The position numbers and the translations under genes were made by a program. Shown here piece after piece: positions 1-8,923 of a stretch of 64,000 bases of DNA; position 1 is the first letter of the stretch, and every line of letters begins with the position of its first letter. The stretch is from an uncultured Candidatus Rokubacteria bacterium (GTDB taxonomy: Bacteria; Methylomirabilota; Methylomirabilia; Rokubacteriales; DASRDR01): the NCBI GenBank assembly GCA_963826115.1, contig CAWGVS010000012.1:640001-704000 (forward strand). Reading direction: 5' to 3'. Under the pieces are notes generated by a model. That model did not search any database, had not been told where the DNA came from, and saw only the letters and a program-made list of their open reading frames with translations.

Positions 1-533
1 CGGGGCGGATGGAGCTCGACGTCGCGCCGTTCGACCTGCCGACCGCGCTCGAGAGCGCCGTGACCCTGGTCAAGGAGCGCGCCGTCCGCCGCGGGCTGAG
101 CCTCGACCTCACCGTGGACTCCGGGCTGGGAACGCTCGTCGGCGACGAGCGGAAGGTCAAGCAGATCTTGCTGAATCTCCTCTCGAACGCGGTGAAGTTC
201 ACGCCCGACGGAGGACGCGTCACGCTGATGGCGACGCCGGCCGGTGGGCCTTCGGGGGCTCCCGAGATGGTCGAGATCGCGGTCAGCGACACCGGACTCG
301 GGATCGCCCCAGCCGACCAGGCGACGATCTTCGAGGAGTTCCGCCAGGTCGGGAGCGGATCACAGAAGCAAGAGGGAACGGGTCTCGGGCTCACGCTGAC
401 GAAGAAGTTCGTCGAGCTCCACGGCGGACACATCTGGGTCTCGAGCGAGGTGGGAAAGGGCTCGACGTTCACGTTCACCCTGCCGAGGAAGCCAGGGCGC
501 CCGCGTGAAGGCGCCCACGGGCCGAGCCTTTGA
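1..533 (+). CDS. Sensor histidine kinase, C-terminal HATPase_c part (5' end outside window)
   Basis: N box QILLNLLSNAVKFT, G1 VSDTGLGI, F box IFEEFRQ, G2 GTGLGL, GKGSTFTF. Confidence 0.92.
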   Translation, partial: GRMELDVAPFDLPTALESAVTLVKERAVRRGLSLDLTVDSGLGTLVGDERKVKQILLNLLSNAVKFTPDGGRVTLMATPAGGPSGAPEMVEIAVSDTGLGIAPADQATIFEEFRQVGSGSQKQEGTGLGLTLTKKFVELHGGHIWVSSEVGKGSTFTFTLPRKPGRPREGAHGPSL

Positions 534-744
534 GGTGACAAGGACGGTGACCTGCTTGCCGTCGCCCTCTGGGGCTGACTTCGAGGTGAGGATGCTATCG
601 GTACGGTGTTTCGCCGTGCAGGCCCGTGACGAGGCGAATCTCGGCCCGAATTGATGCGGCGCGGCGCACTGCCAAGAACACTCATGGCCAGGCGGCTCGG
701 CCGCACGATGAGCAGACCGATTCAAACTCCCCGTGCTAAAGCAC

Positions 745-823
745 GAATCGGAGGGCGTTGCCGCCCCCCGATCGAGTGGTGAGCCGTGAAGGAATCGAAC
801 CTTCAACCTACTGATTAAGAGTC
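745..823 (-). repeat. Displaced copy of the tRNA-Lys(CTT) 3' half plus terminator hairpin (att-like site, distal)
   Basis: 78/79 identical to 7469..7547; tRNA match ends just past the anticodon loop. Confidence 0.95.
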
Positions 824-1088
824 CCAACCGGCCGCAACGCACGGCACGCCATCGGCAGCTATCCGCACGTCAGATTAAGGAAGCGCCGCGAGGCGACCTG
901 TTCGCGCCTCACGGTACCTTCGCGCGAGTTGGAACCGTCTGGAACCAGAATCCGACGCCAGGTGCGCCCACAAGTCATTTCGCACGCGAGACCGTGCCCA
1001 GCGCGAGCTCCATTGCCAGGATTCACATCGATCGGTCGCCGCATCCTGCACTGGGATCAATTCCGACTCAGTTCGTATTGGGGGGAAC

Positions 1089-1634
1089 ATGAGAACCTCC
1101 GCCTTGGTCTTGTGCATCATTCTTTCGGGTTGTGCTGCGAGTCCCGAGAAGCTCGACTCGGTTGGGAAGACCGAGGCGGCACGAATGGTGCCGCCCCTAA
1201 GGCGCTTTTCCAGCTACGCGAGTTATGAACTCAAGCCGATGGCACTAAGCCCGGCCGTTCAAAGCGCGCCGGAAAAGGTGAAGGCTGCGGGAGAGCTCGA
1301 GAATACGCTACGGGCCAAGCTTCAGCCTCTGCTTGAGCAGTGGAATGCGGCATCCCGCGATCGGTCCGGCACCCTCGTCATCGAGCCCCAACTTGCGTCC
1401 CTGAGGATTGTCAGCGGCGGCGCGAGGTTCTGGGCCGGAGCATTGGCGGGAGAGTCGAGCATTGACATGGACCTTGCCGTTACCGACCAAGGCACGGGTC
1501 AGCAAATTGCGAAGCCACGCATCACCCTCAAGGCCAACGCCATGGCCGGAGGATGGTCGGTCGGCAAGAGCGACCAGAACCTGCTCGACTACATTGCGAG
1601 CATCGCGCACGCATACATGACGATGAACTACTGA
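1089..1634 (+). CDS. Lipoprotein, DUF4410-like
   Basis: Lipobox LSGC after hydrophobic leader; GGARFWAGALAG motif; only gene between two att copies. Confidence 0.75.
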   Translation: MRTSALVLCIILSGCAASPEKLDSVGKTEAARMVPPLRRFSSYASYELKPMALSPAVQSAPEKVKAAGELENTLRAKLQPLLEQWNAASRDRSGTLVIEPQLASLRIVSGGARFWAGALAGESSIDMDLAVTDQGTGQQIAKPRITLKANAMAGGWSVGKSDQNLLDYIASIAHAYMTMNY

Positions 1635-1747
1635 GACCAGAGCCCCGGTGGCCCCCGCCAGGGACTGAGCGCGTGCGGGGGCGCTCAACCGCTCCGCTCG
1701 GTACAAGAACCCTGCCGAAATAGGCTGAGTCTCCGGCCCCCCCCAAC

Positions 1748-1824
1748 GAATCGGGGGGCGTCGCCGCCCCCCGATCGAGTGGTGAGCCGTGAAGGAATCG
1801 AACCTTGAACCTGCTGATTAAGAG
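1748..1824 (-). repeat. Second displaced copy of the tRNA-Lys(CTT) 3' half plus terminator hairpin (att-like site)
   Basis: 74/77 identical to 7469..7545; ends at anticodon loop (...ctgattaagag). Confidence 0.93.
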
Positions 1825-2143
1825 GTGGTTCCGGGCCCGAGCTCCCACGCACGCAGACGATCTAAGCGTATGTATTTCCTGCGAGGCCGCCTGACCGATG
1901 GTCGTCTGAGTGCGGCTTAGTCCGGTGGAATTTAGCACTGGCATGTCACCGGCGATTCATCACCAGCCAGACCTTAGACGTAAGGTCCTCCGTTTTGGTA
2001 CTTGCCCAAGGCCGGCGCCACTCGGGTCCCATTGCCAGCCCACGGTGCTCCAGTTGTGAACGACGACACAGATCGACGGCGGCACTGAACGGGCCGGGGG
2101 GCAACACTGCCCGCCCTTTTTGTGTTCCGTCATTGATCCCGAC

Positions 2144-3580
2144 TCACGCGCTTGGCCTGATGTTCTGGTTCAGTCGAAACAGGTTTGCCGGATCGTATCT
2201 GGTCTTCAAAGCGACGAGGCGCTTGTAGTTCGCGGCGCCGTAGCTGTTGCGCACCAACTCCTCGCCCTCCTCGCCAAGGCCCGCGAAGTTGAGATAGGCG
2301 CGGCCGCCGGAATGATGCTTCATGTCGCCCCAGAAGGCGCGCGACCAGGACAGGTTGCGCTGGTCGTCGGCCGGATTTATCCAAATCGAATCGATGCTCA
2401 GCATGTAGCGCATATTGCGCTCGCCGAAGGCGGTCGCGTTGCCAGCCACTCGACCGACGGCGCCGCCCAGATACCACACCGAGCAGAGCGTCAGGTCGGA
2501 GGGGCGATCAGCGGCGTGTGGCGCGATCTCGTCGATCATCCGGTCGTCTAGGCCATTGAGATAGAGCGATTTGAAGTAGGCGCGATGAACGCCCTTAGGG
2601 AACAGCCCATCATAGAGCTTCTGCACGCTGCAGTAGGGCATCCGGCCGCTGAAATCCAGCACCGGCGTGGCCAACTCGCGCAGAGGTCTGACGGCTTGTT
2701 CGCCCTCGTCCGCGGGGCCCGCCCACACCCCGGCCAGGGCCAAGACCCGCGCGCCCCAGGTCTCCTCGGGATACTCCGGATCGTTGGGGATGGTGGAGAA
2801 TTCGACCAGCGTTCCACCGATCTCGTCGGGTGCGGTTGCCATGAAGTCGCGCCAGCCCTTCATGACCTGGGTGGCGTCCTCGGCCCGGTAGATGGCACCC
2901 AGGAACATCACCTCCGGCCCGACGGGATGCAGCTGGAACTCGAACGAGGTGACGACGCCAAAATTGCCGCCGCCCCCGCGCACGGCCCAGAAGAGATCGC
3001 TGTTCTCGGCCGCGCTGGCGGTGCGAAGCTGGCCGTCCGCGGTGACGATGTCGACCGACAGGACATTGTCGAGGCTGAGGCCATACTTGCCGCGCAGCCA
3101 GCCGAGGCCGCCGGCGAGTGTCAGCCCGCCGACGCCCGTCGCCGAAATGACGCCGCCCGGCGTCGCCAGACCGTGGACTTGCGCCTCGCGGTCGAAATCG
3201 CCCCAGGTCGCGCCGCCCTGCACCCATGCCCGCCGCGCTGTGGAATCGACCCGGACCGCGTTCATCCGCGACAGATCGATCATGAGCCCCCCGTCGCACG
3301 AACCGCTGCCCGCTGAGTTGTGGCCCCCGCCCCGCACTGCAGTCAGAAGCCCGTTCTCACGCGCGGCATTGACCGCGTGAACGATGTCGGCGGTGCCGCT
3401 GCAGCGGGCGATGAGCGCCGGCTTCTTGTCGAACATGCCGTTCCAGATGAGCCGCGCCCTGTCATAGCCGTCGTCACCCGGTTGGAGCAGTTCGCCGCGC
3501 AGATTGGCGCGCAACGCCTTTGCCGCCGCTTCAAGACTGTGTCCGGACGACGCGCCCGCAGTGGCTTGTCGGTGTGTCAT
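2144..3580 (-). CDS. FAD-linked oxidase, VAO/berberine-bridge-enzyme family
   Basis: RGGGHN covalent-FAD motif, DLFWAVRGGGGNFGVVT, C-terminal YLNF...YDPANLFRLNQNI; start placed at MTHRQ. Confidence 0.92.
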   Translation of the reverse strand: MTHRQATAGASSGHSLEAAAKALRANLRGELLQPGDDGYDRARLIWNGMFDKKPALIARCSGTADIVHAVNAARENGLLTAVRGGGHNSAGSGSCDGGLMIDLSRMNAVRVDSTARRAWVQGGATWGDFDREAQVHGLATPGGVISATGVGGLTLAGGLGWLRGKYGLSLDNVLSVDIVTADGQLRTASAAENSDLFWAVRGGGGNFGVVTSFEFQLHPVGPEVMFLGAIYRAEDATQVMKGWRDFMATAPDEIGGTLVEFSTIPNDPEYPEETWGARVLALAGVWAGPADEGEQAVRPLRELATPVLDFSGRMPYCSVQKLYDGLFPKGVHRAYFKSLYLNGLDDRMIDEIAPHAADRPSDLTLCSVWYLGGAVGRVAGNATAFGERNMRYMLSIDSIWINPADDQRNLSWSRAFWGDMKHHSGGRAYLNFAGLGEEGEELVRNSYGAANYKRLVALKTRYDPANLFRLNQNIRPSA

Positions 3581-3735
3581 GCTTTGCCCCCTTGCTCTCC
3601 GCGCAGCAACGCAGGCCAGCGCGGCACGTTCGAAATCAGGACGGTCCAAGACTAATGGTTGAGCCTGGACCTTCGTAAGAGGCAGAATGGACACAACCGG
3701 GGCAAATGTGACACCGCGCTGATCTGGGAGGATCA

Positions 3736-4866
3736 ATGGCCAGATCCGAAGCGAAGTTGCCGCGCATCTGTCTGCTCGCCGCGGCGGAAACCTCTCCCTC
3801 GGTGCTCTATGGCCTCTATGACGTCTTGAGTACGGCAGGGCCGGTCTACTCAGAACTGACCAGCGGGAATCCGGCGGAGAAGATGCTCGACGTCAGGATC
3901 GTGGCCGCCACCATCGATCCGTTCCGCTGCTACGGCAGCGTGATGGTCGAACCGCATGATGCCATCGACCGGCTACATGAAACCGATGTCGCGATCGTGT
4001 GCGATATGTATACGCCGATCGACACGCCGCCGCGCGGGCGCTACCGGCGAGAGATCGAGTGGCTGAACCGAATCTACGCCAAGGGTGCCATCCTCGGTTC
4101 CGTCTGCTCGGGCTCCCTGGTGCTCGCCGAGGCGGGCCTTCTGGACGGACTGCAGGCAGCCGGACATTGGGCCTATCGCGAATTGTTTCGTGAACACTAT
4201 CCGAAGGTGAAGTTTCGGGTGGATTCGATCTTAAGTGTTGCTGGTGAGCAAGACCGGATCGTGACGGCGGGAGGTGTGACCGCCTGGCAGGAACTGGCGC
4301 TCTACCTGATTGCCCGGCTTTGCGGGCCCCAGCATGCGATCAGAACGGCCAAGATCCACATGCTGTCGGATCACTCGGACGGCCAGTTACCCTTTGCCGT
4401 GATCACGCTGCGTGTGGGGAACACGGACGCCGTCATCGCCGACTGCCAACACTGGATAACTGAACATTACGCGTGCCAGAATCCTGTGACCAGCATGATT
4501 GCTCACTCGGGCCTCAAGCCCCGCACCTTCGCCCGGCGGTTTCTGGCGGCGACCGGCTTTCATCCGGTGGACTATGTGCACGCGGTTCGCATCGAGGAGG
4601 CGAAACAACGCCTGGAAACCGATACCGTCAGCGTCGAGGAAATCGGCCACCTCGTGGGCTATGAGGACCCCACCTTCTTTCGCCGCCTGTTCAAGCGCAA
4701 GGTCGGCCTGACCCTTGCGGCATACCGGCGAAAATTCTCCAAGATCGCCACAATCGGACATTCGGGGACGCAATACTCAATTCCGACGCCTCGACGGCGG
4801 GATTTCGGGATGACGGCCCACGGGATCAAGCTGCCCACCGCCCGGGTCGTCCGGGGAACCCCGTGA
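3736..4866 (+). CDS. GlxA-type AraC regulator with DJ-1/PfpI sensor domain
   Basis: SVCSGSLVLAEAGLLDG, TAGG, C-terminal AraC HTH VGYEDPTFFRRLFKR; divergent from the oxidase. Confidence 0.92.
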   Translation: MARSEAKLPRICLLAAAETSPSVLYGLYDVLSTAGPVYSELTSGNPAEKMLDVRIVAATIDPFRCYGSVMVEPHDAIDRLHETDVAIVCDMYTPIDTPPRGRYRREIEWLNRIYAKGAILGSVCSGSLVLAEAGLLDGLQAAGHWAYRELFREHYPKVKFRVDSILSVAGEQDRIVTAGGVTAWQELALYLIARLCGPQHAIRTAKIHMLSDHSDGQLPFAVITLRVGNTDAVIADCQHWITEHYACQNPVTSMIAHSGLKPRTFARRFLAATGFHPVDYVHAVRIEEAKQRLETDTVSVEEIGHLVGYEDPTFFRRLFKRKVGLTLAAYRRKFSKIATIGHSGTQYSIPTPRRRDFGMTAHGIKLPTARVVRGTP

Positions 4867-5012
4867 ACCAAGCGGAACGAATTCCTACCTCTAGCTCGCC
4901 CCGCTTGCCCATCCGTTGCGGGCAGGGCGCGCTCCTGATCTCAGACTCGGACAGAACTCGGACAAAATAGCGAGGGCGGCCCGGAGGCCGCCCTCTAACC
5001 ACCCGGATTTCG

Positions 5013-5530
5013 GCTTCGTCGCCGACAACCGCAAGGCGATCTCGGCCAAGTACGGGCTGATCAGCCCGCAGTCGATGGCCGCGATCCAGCGGGCGCTGCT
5101 CACCTGGACGCGAAGGGCGGCGAAGAGCTGTTCGGCGAGCCGGCGCTCGACCTGACCGACCTGATGCGCACGGATCTCAGCGGCACGCGGGATCGTCAAC
5201 GTCCTGGCGGCCGACCAGCTCGATCCTGAAGCCGCGGCTCTACTCGAGCTTTCTGCTGTGGCTGCTGTCGGAGCTGTTCGAGAACGCTGCCGGAAGTCGG
5301 CGATCTCGATAAGCCGAAGCTCGTGTTCTTCTTTGACGAGGCTCATCTGCTGTTCGACGACGCGCCCGCGGCGCTGCGGCAGCGGGTCGAGCAGGTCGTG
5401 CGGATCATCCGGTCGAAGGGGGTCGGCGTGTACTTCTGCTCGCAGTTCCCGGACGACGTGCCGAACGAGATCCTGGGCCAGCTCGGCAACCGGATGCAGC
5501 ACGCGCTGCGCGCCTATACCCCGCGCGACC
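5013..5530 (+). pseudogene. Internal, multiply frameshifted fragment of a DUF853/YjgR (HerA-like) ATPase
   Basis: Pieces in different frames: [35 protein letters not shown] (Walker B), [32 protein letters not shown]; no start, no Walker A, truncated 3'. Confidence 0.85.
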
Positions 5531-6208
5531 TGAGCTTCTCGGCCCGGGACACTGTCGCCGTCCTGGTCTTTCCGGACGGTCGGCCGCTCGCCCTCGCGCT
5601 AGAGAATCAGGAGTAGGTCGGCCGGCTGGCGCTCGAAATGCTGGCGTCCGATAGCGACGAGGCCGGCCCCTCAGAAGCGAAGCAAGGTTGGCTCGAGGCG
5701 GGGAGGCGGCCGCGTCTGTCCGTGACGTTCACGCCCCCGCGCTCGGTACGCTTCCAGTTCAGCACGGCGGGCCCAGCGGCGGAACAAGACGTTCAGGTCG
5801 ACGAGATCATCACGCGAATCGTCGGCGAGTGGCCGGACTACATCCCGCCATGTGCCGCCCTTGACGGGGCCTGTCCCGGACGCGTACCGTCGGGTGACGC
5901 TGGCCGGAGCGGGCTTCATCCGCCAGCCCCCTTGCGGCCGAGAACGAGCTTTATGTCGACTGTCCTCCGGCCGGTCGTATGCATTCCACGGCTGCTGTGA
6001 ACGGCTCTGGAGAAAATGGAAGGACAAACCCCAGAGTGCCGAGCCGTAAGGCCCCGCAGTCTCAAGACCATCCGCCGCCCGACGACGCCCTGCCCTCGCT
6101 GCGGCGCGCCGGTGCGCACGATAAAGCTCCCGCTGAGCTCGCTCCGGCGGCTCGACTGGCGGCTCTTCGGCGAGGCGTGAGACTCAGCGTGCAGGGAGAG
6201 TAACCTCC

Positions 6209-6853
6209 ATGGAACTGCTCATTGTGGCGATCGCTGTGATCTGTGTCGTTGTGATCGTCATCATCGCCGTCGTCGCCCCGACTCAGCCAGCCAATCACCC
6301 GGCGCGGCGAGAGGCAATCCGGACGCGGCAAGAGGCAATCGGCGAGGAGGCGAGGCATTTCTTCGCCGACGCGAGCAAGGCGCTCTGCCTCCCTCCGGTG
6401 CAGACGCACATCGTCCTCGCCCCTGGTGAGGTCGCCATCCGCCAGGAGTCCGTACAGCTTCACGAGTCGCGCGCCGTACGCCTCTATGGCGGCGTCGGAA
6501 CCCGGATCGGGAAGATCTATCTCGGCGGCGGGACATCCAGCTCCTACCAGACCATCAAGCCGATCGACACGGGAACGCTGCTGCTGACCACCGAGCGGCT
6601 TGTCTTCGATGGGGGAAAGGAAAATCGCATCGTCAAGGCGAAAGAGATCCTTTCGGTCCAGCCCTCCGAGGATGCGATCGAGGTGAGTACGTCACGTCGG
6701 CAGAAGAGTCAGGTCTATACCGTCAGCAACCCGCTGATCTGGGCGACGCTCATCAAGACCGTGGCCGGCGGAAACGTCGAGGCGCTCAAGCAGGCCATCG
6801 CGAATGGAGCCGCGAGGCAGGGCGGATCGCTGCCACCTGGGCAGGGAACATAG
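6209..6853 (+). CDS. Membrane-anchored hypothetical protein with possible PH-like C-terminal domain
   Basis: GGAG RBS; N-terminal TM helix; DTGTLLLTTERLVFDG motif typical of bacterial PH-like domains. Confidence 0.7.
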   Translation: MELLIVAIAVICVVVIVIIAVVAPTQPANHPARREAIRTRQEAIGEEARHFFADASKALCLPPVQTHIVLAPGEVAIRQESVQLHESRAVRLYGGVGTRIGKIYLGGGTSSSYQTIKPIDTGTLLLTTERLVFDGGKENRIVKAKEILSVQPSEDAIEVSTSRRQKSQVYTVSNPLIWATLIKTVAGGNVEALKQAIANGAARQGGSLPPGQGT

Positions 6854-6856
6854 AGT

Positions 6857-7351
6857 ATGCATGGCCCCGTCCCGCGTATGACCGAGCGGGAGTGGATGGC
6901 TATTGTCGATGCCCTCTATGGATTGCCGGTCAGCGCCAGTCACCGCAGCATCGCCTCCGGCCTGTCCCGTCGGCTCGTCGAAGCGGACGCGGCAAGCGGG
7001 ATCGGGGCCAAGTGGGGAGTGAACGCTCGAGCACTCGCCCAGCGGCTCCAGGCGGCTTCCATGGAGGAGGCGCTGAACCTCGTGCGGATCGTCCGCGATC
7101 TCTGGAAGAACCCAAGCGGCGACTGGTCTGTGGCCTTCTACGATCATGGCGTCCGATTTGAACGAGAGCCTCGACAAGAGGTGCGAGCGACCGCCTTTCC
7201 CACCGACGAGCAAATGTCCATGCTGTTCGACTTGATGCGCGCAGACCGCCGGGAGGAGTTCGACTCGCTTTGCGAGTCGCTCGGCGTGCTGAATCCCGCT
7301 GCACTCTGGGCGGGACCGCGGCACGGCGGGCGTCCCTCCAAGGTGCCGTAA
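6857..7351 (+). CDS. Hypothetical protein
   Basis: ORF directly follows the previous gene; protein-like composition; no family recognised. Confidence 0.5.
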   Translation: MHGPVPRMTEREWMAIVDALYGLPVSASHRSIASGLSRRLVEADAASGIGAKWGVNARALAQRLQAASMEEALNLVRIVRDLWKNPSGDWSVAFYDHGVRFEREPRQEVRATAFPTDEQMSMLFDLMRADRREEFDSLCESLGVLNPAALWAGPRHGGRPSKVP

Positions 7352-7462
7352 GGCCCTACTCTCCTGGTGCAGTGAAGAATGAGCATGGCCGTCCTCGGGG
7401 CTCCTGGCGGACGAGATCACGCCTCGCCGCCGGGCGCTGGGATGGGCTGCAACTGCTTGCCC

Positions 7463-7496
7463 AAAAAAGAATCGGGGGGCGTTGCCGCCCCCCGAT
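7463..7496 (-). terminator. Rho-independent terminator of the tRNA-Arg/Lys operon
   Basis: 11-bp stem ATCGGGGGGCG/CGCCCCCCGAT, 4-nt loop, then TC plus T6 on the minus strand. Confidence 0.85.
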
Positions 7497-7500
7497 CGAG

Positions 7501-7576
7501 TGGTGAGCCGTGAAGGAATCGAACCTTCAACCTACTGATTAAGAGTCAGTTGCTCTACCAATTGAGCTAACGGCTC
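7501..7576 (-). tRNA. tRNA-Lys(CTT)
   Basis: GAGCCGTTAGCTCAATTGGTAGAGCA-ACTGA-CTCTTAA-TCAGT...GGTTCGATT...CCA. Confidence 0.97.
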
Positions 7577-7590
7577 ACGAGCGAGCTTTG

Positions 7591-7666
7591 TGGTACGCCC
7601 GAGAGGATTTGAACCTCTGACCTTCGGATCCGGAGTCCGACGCTCTATCCGCTGAGCTACGGGCGC
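7591..7666 (-). tRNA. tRNA-Arg(CCG)
   Basis: GCGCCCGTAGCTCAG...TCGGA-CTCCGGA-TCCGA...GGTTCAAAT...CCA. Confidence 0.97.
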
Positions 7667-7816
7667 CCAACTCTATCGGCCAGGCCGAGCCGGAAGAGTT
7701 CATGACCACTGTCACTTCCAGGCGCGGAGCGGATTTTCCCATGCGGCCCTGGCGGGGTCAAGGGGCCGCGACCCCTCTGGCGCGGGCGCCGCGCCGCCGC
7801 GACCGCGGATCGCGGC

Positions 7817-8284
7817 TCAGGCCTCGCGACGGCCCGCGAGGGCCGCCTCGATGTCCTTCACGCGGTGCGCCGCCGAGTGGCCGTCGAAGTCGCCCGGCCA
7901 GTACGCGGTCCGGCCCGCGCGGCTGAACCAGGCCGCGGGCGTCCGCGCGACCGTCCGCAGGACGTCGGCGTGAACCTCCCGGTGCCAGGCGACGACCGCG
8001 CGCGGAGGCCGACGGCGCCAGCGCCGGTAGATCAGGTCGTTGATCGCGTTGACCCCGAGCCCCCGGAGCTCCGGCGGCCGCCGCTCGCCCCGGAACACGC
8101 GCGCGCTGTGCTCCTTCCAGTAGACGATGTGGGCGAGCGCGTCCTTGACCGTCCAGGGCGCGCGCGTCGGCGGGCGCGGGACCGGCCGGCGCCAGTCGAC
8201 GGGACGGAGCCGCCGGACGAGACGGTCGAGGGCCGCGTACTCGCGGCGGGTCCGGGCGCCGACGCTCTGGCGGGTGTGGCGCAT
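7817..8284 (-). CDS. DinB-superfamily four-helix-bundle protein (MDMPI_N/ClbS-DfsB-like)
   Basis: WTVKDALAHIVYW and C-terminal HSAAH metal ligands; start MRHTRQ lies 25 bp from the displaced tRNA-Arg end. Confidence 0.8.
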   Translation of the reverse strand: MRHTRQSVGARTRREYAALDRLVRRLRPVDWRRPVPRPPTRAPWTVKDALAHIVYWKEHSARVFRGERRPPELRGLGVNAINDLIYRRWRRRPPRAVVAWHREVHADVLRTVARTPAAWFSRAGRTAYWPGDFDGHSAAHRVKDIEAALAGRREA

Positions 8285-8308
8285 TACCCGGGACCGGTCC
8301 GGCGGGGG

Positions 8309-8353
8309 TGGTACGCCCGGCAGGGATCGAACCTGCGCCCTACGGATTCGAAG
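8309..8353 (-). repeat. Displaced copy of the tRNA-Arg(TCG) 3' half (att-like site)
   Basis: 44/45 identical to 10678..10722; ends at anticodon loop (...ggattcgaag). Confidence 0.93.
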
Positions 8354-8442
8354 GCCATGCCCCGACGCTACCACCGGACGCCATCGGACGACACCGTCAT
8401 CGATCCGCGAGCTTGGGTCGCCTCGCTCTTGGGGATGGAGAG

Positions 8443-8830
8443 TGTCTTGATGCCCAGGTGCACCAGGTCCCCGGGGCCGGCCCCGCCCGTACCGCTGGAC
8501 CGGCTCGGCGGGCTCGAGCGCCCGCAAGCGGGCCAGGCCGAGCCGACGGAGGTGCCGGGCGACCGTGGCCCGGCTGAAGTGCAGGGCCCGGGCGATCTGC
8601 GCCCCGGTCCAGCGCTGGCGCCGTAGGCGCCGGATCCACGGGACGAGCGCCGGGGCGATGGCGGGCGGCGAGCGATGCGGGCGACAGGACCGATCCCGCA
8701 GGCCCGCGAGCCCCTCCTCCCGATACCGGCGCCGCCACGTCCGGACGGTCCGTTCACTGAGGCCCAAGGCGTCCGCGATGTCGCGCCCCGATTCGGCACC
8801 CCGGTGCACGCGCCGGACGAGCGGGGCTCG
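8443..8830 (-). pseudogene. IS481-family transposase N-terminal remnant
   Basis: LGLSERTVRTWRRRYREEGLAGLRDRSCRPHRSP...RATVARHLRRLGL, frameshift, then PGDLVHLGIKTL (first catalytic Asp lost); DDE core absent. Confidence 0.85.
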
Positions 8831-8923
8831 ACTGCGGGAGGACCCCGCGCGACCTGCGGTGCGGGGTCCAACGGGCATCCGGAACACCCACTGGGGTTGG
8901 CAGGCTATACTGCCCGGAATCTG

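Noticed and set aside
6016-6180. 54-aa ORF with CPRC and a GGAG RBS
   Set aside because: Only one CxxC pair, and it overlaps another candidate ORF; support is insufficient to call it.
745-7547. tRNA-fragment repeats read as a CRISPR array or as extra tRNA genes
   Set aside because: Spacing is kilobases and irregular, there are no cas genes, and the copies lack the 5' half so cannot fold as tRNAs.
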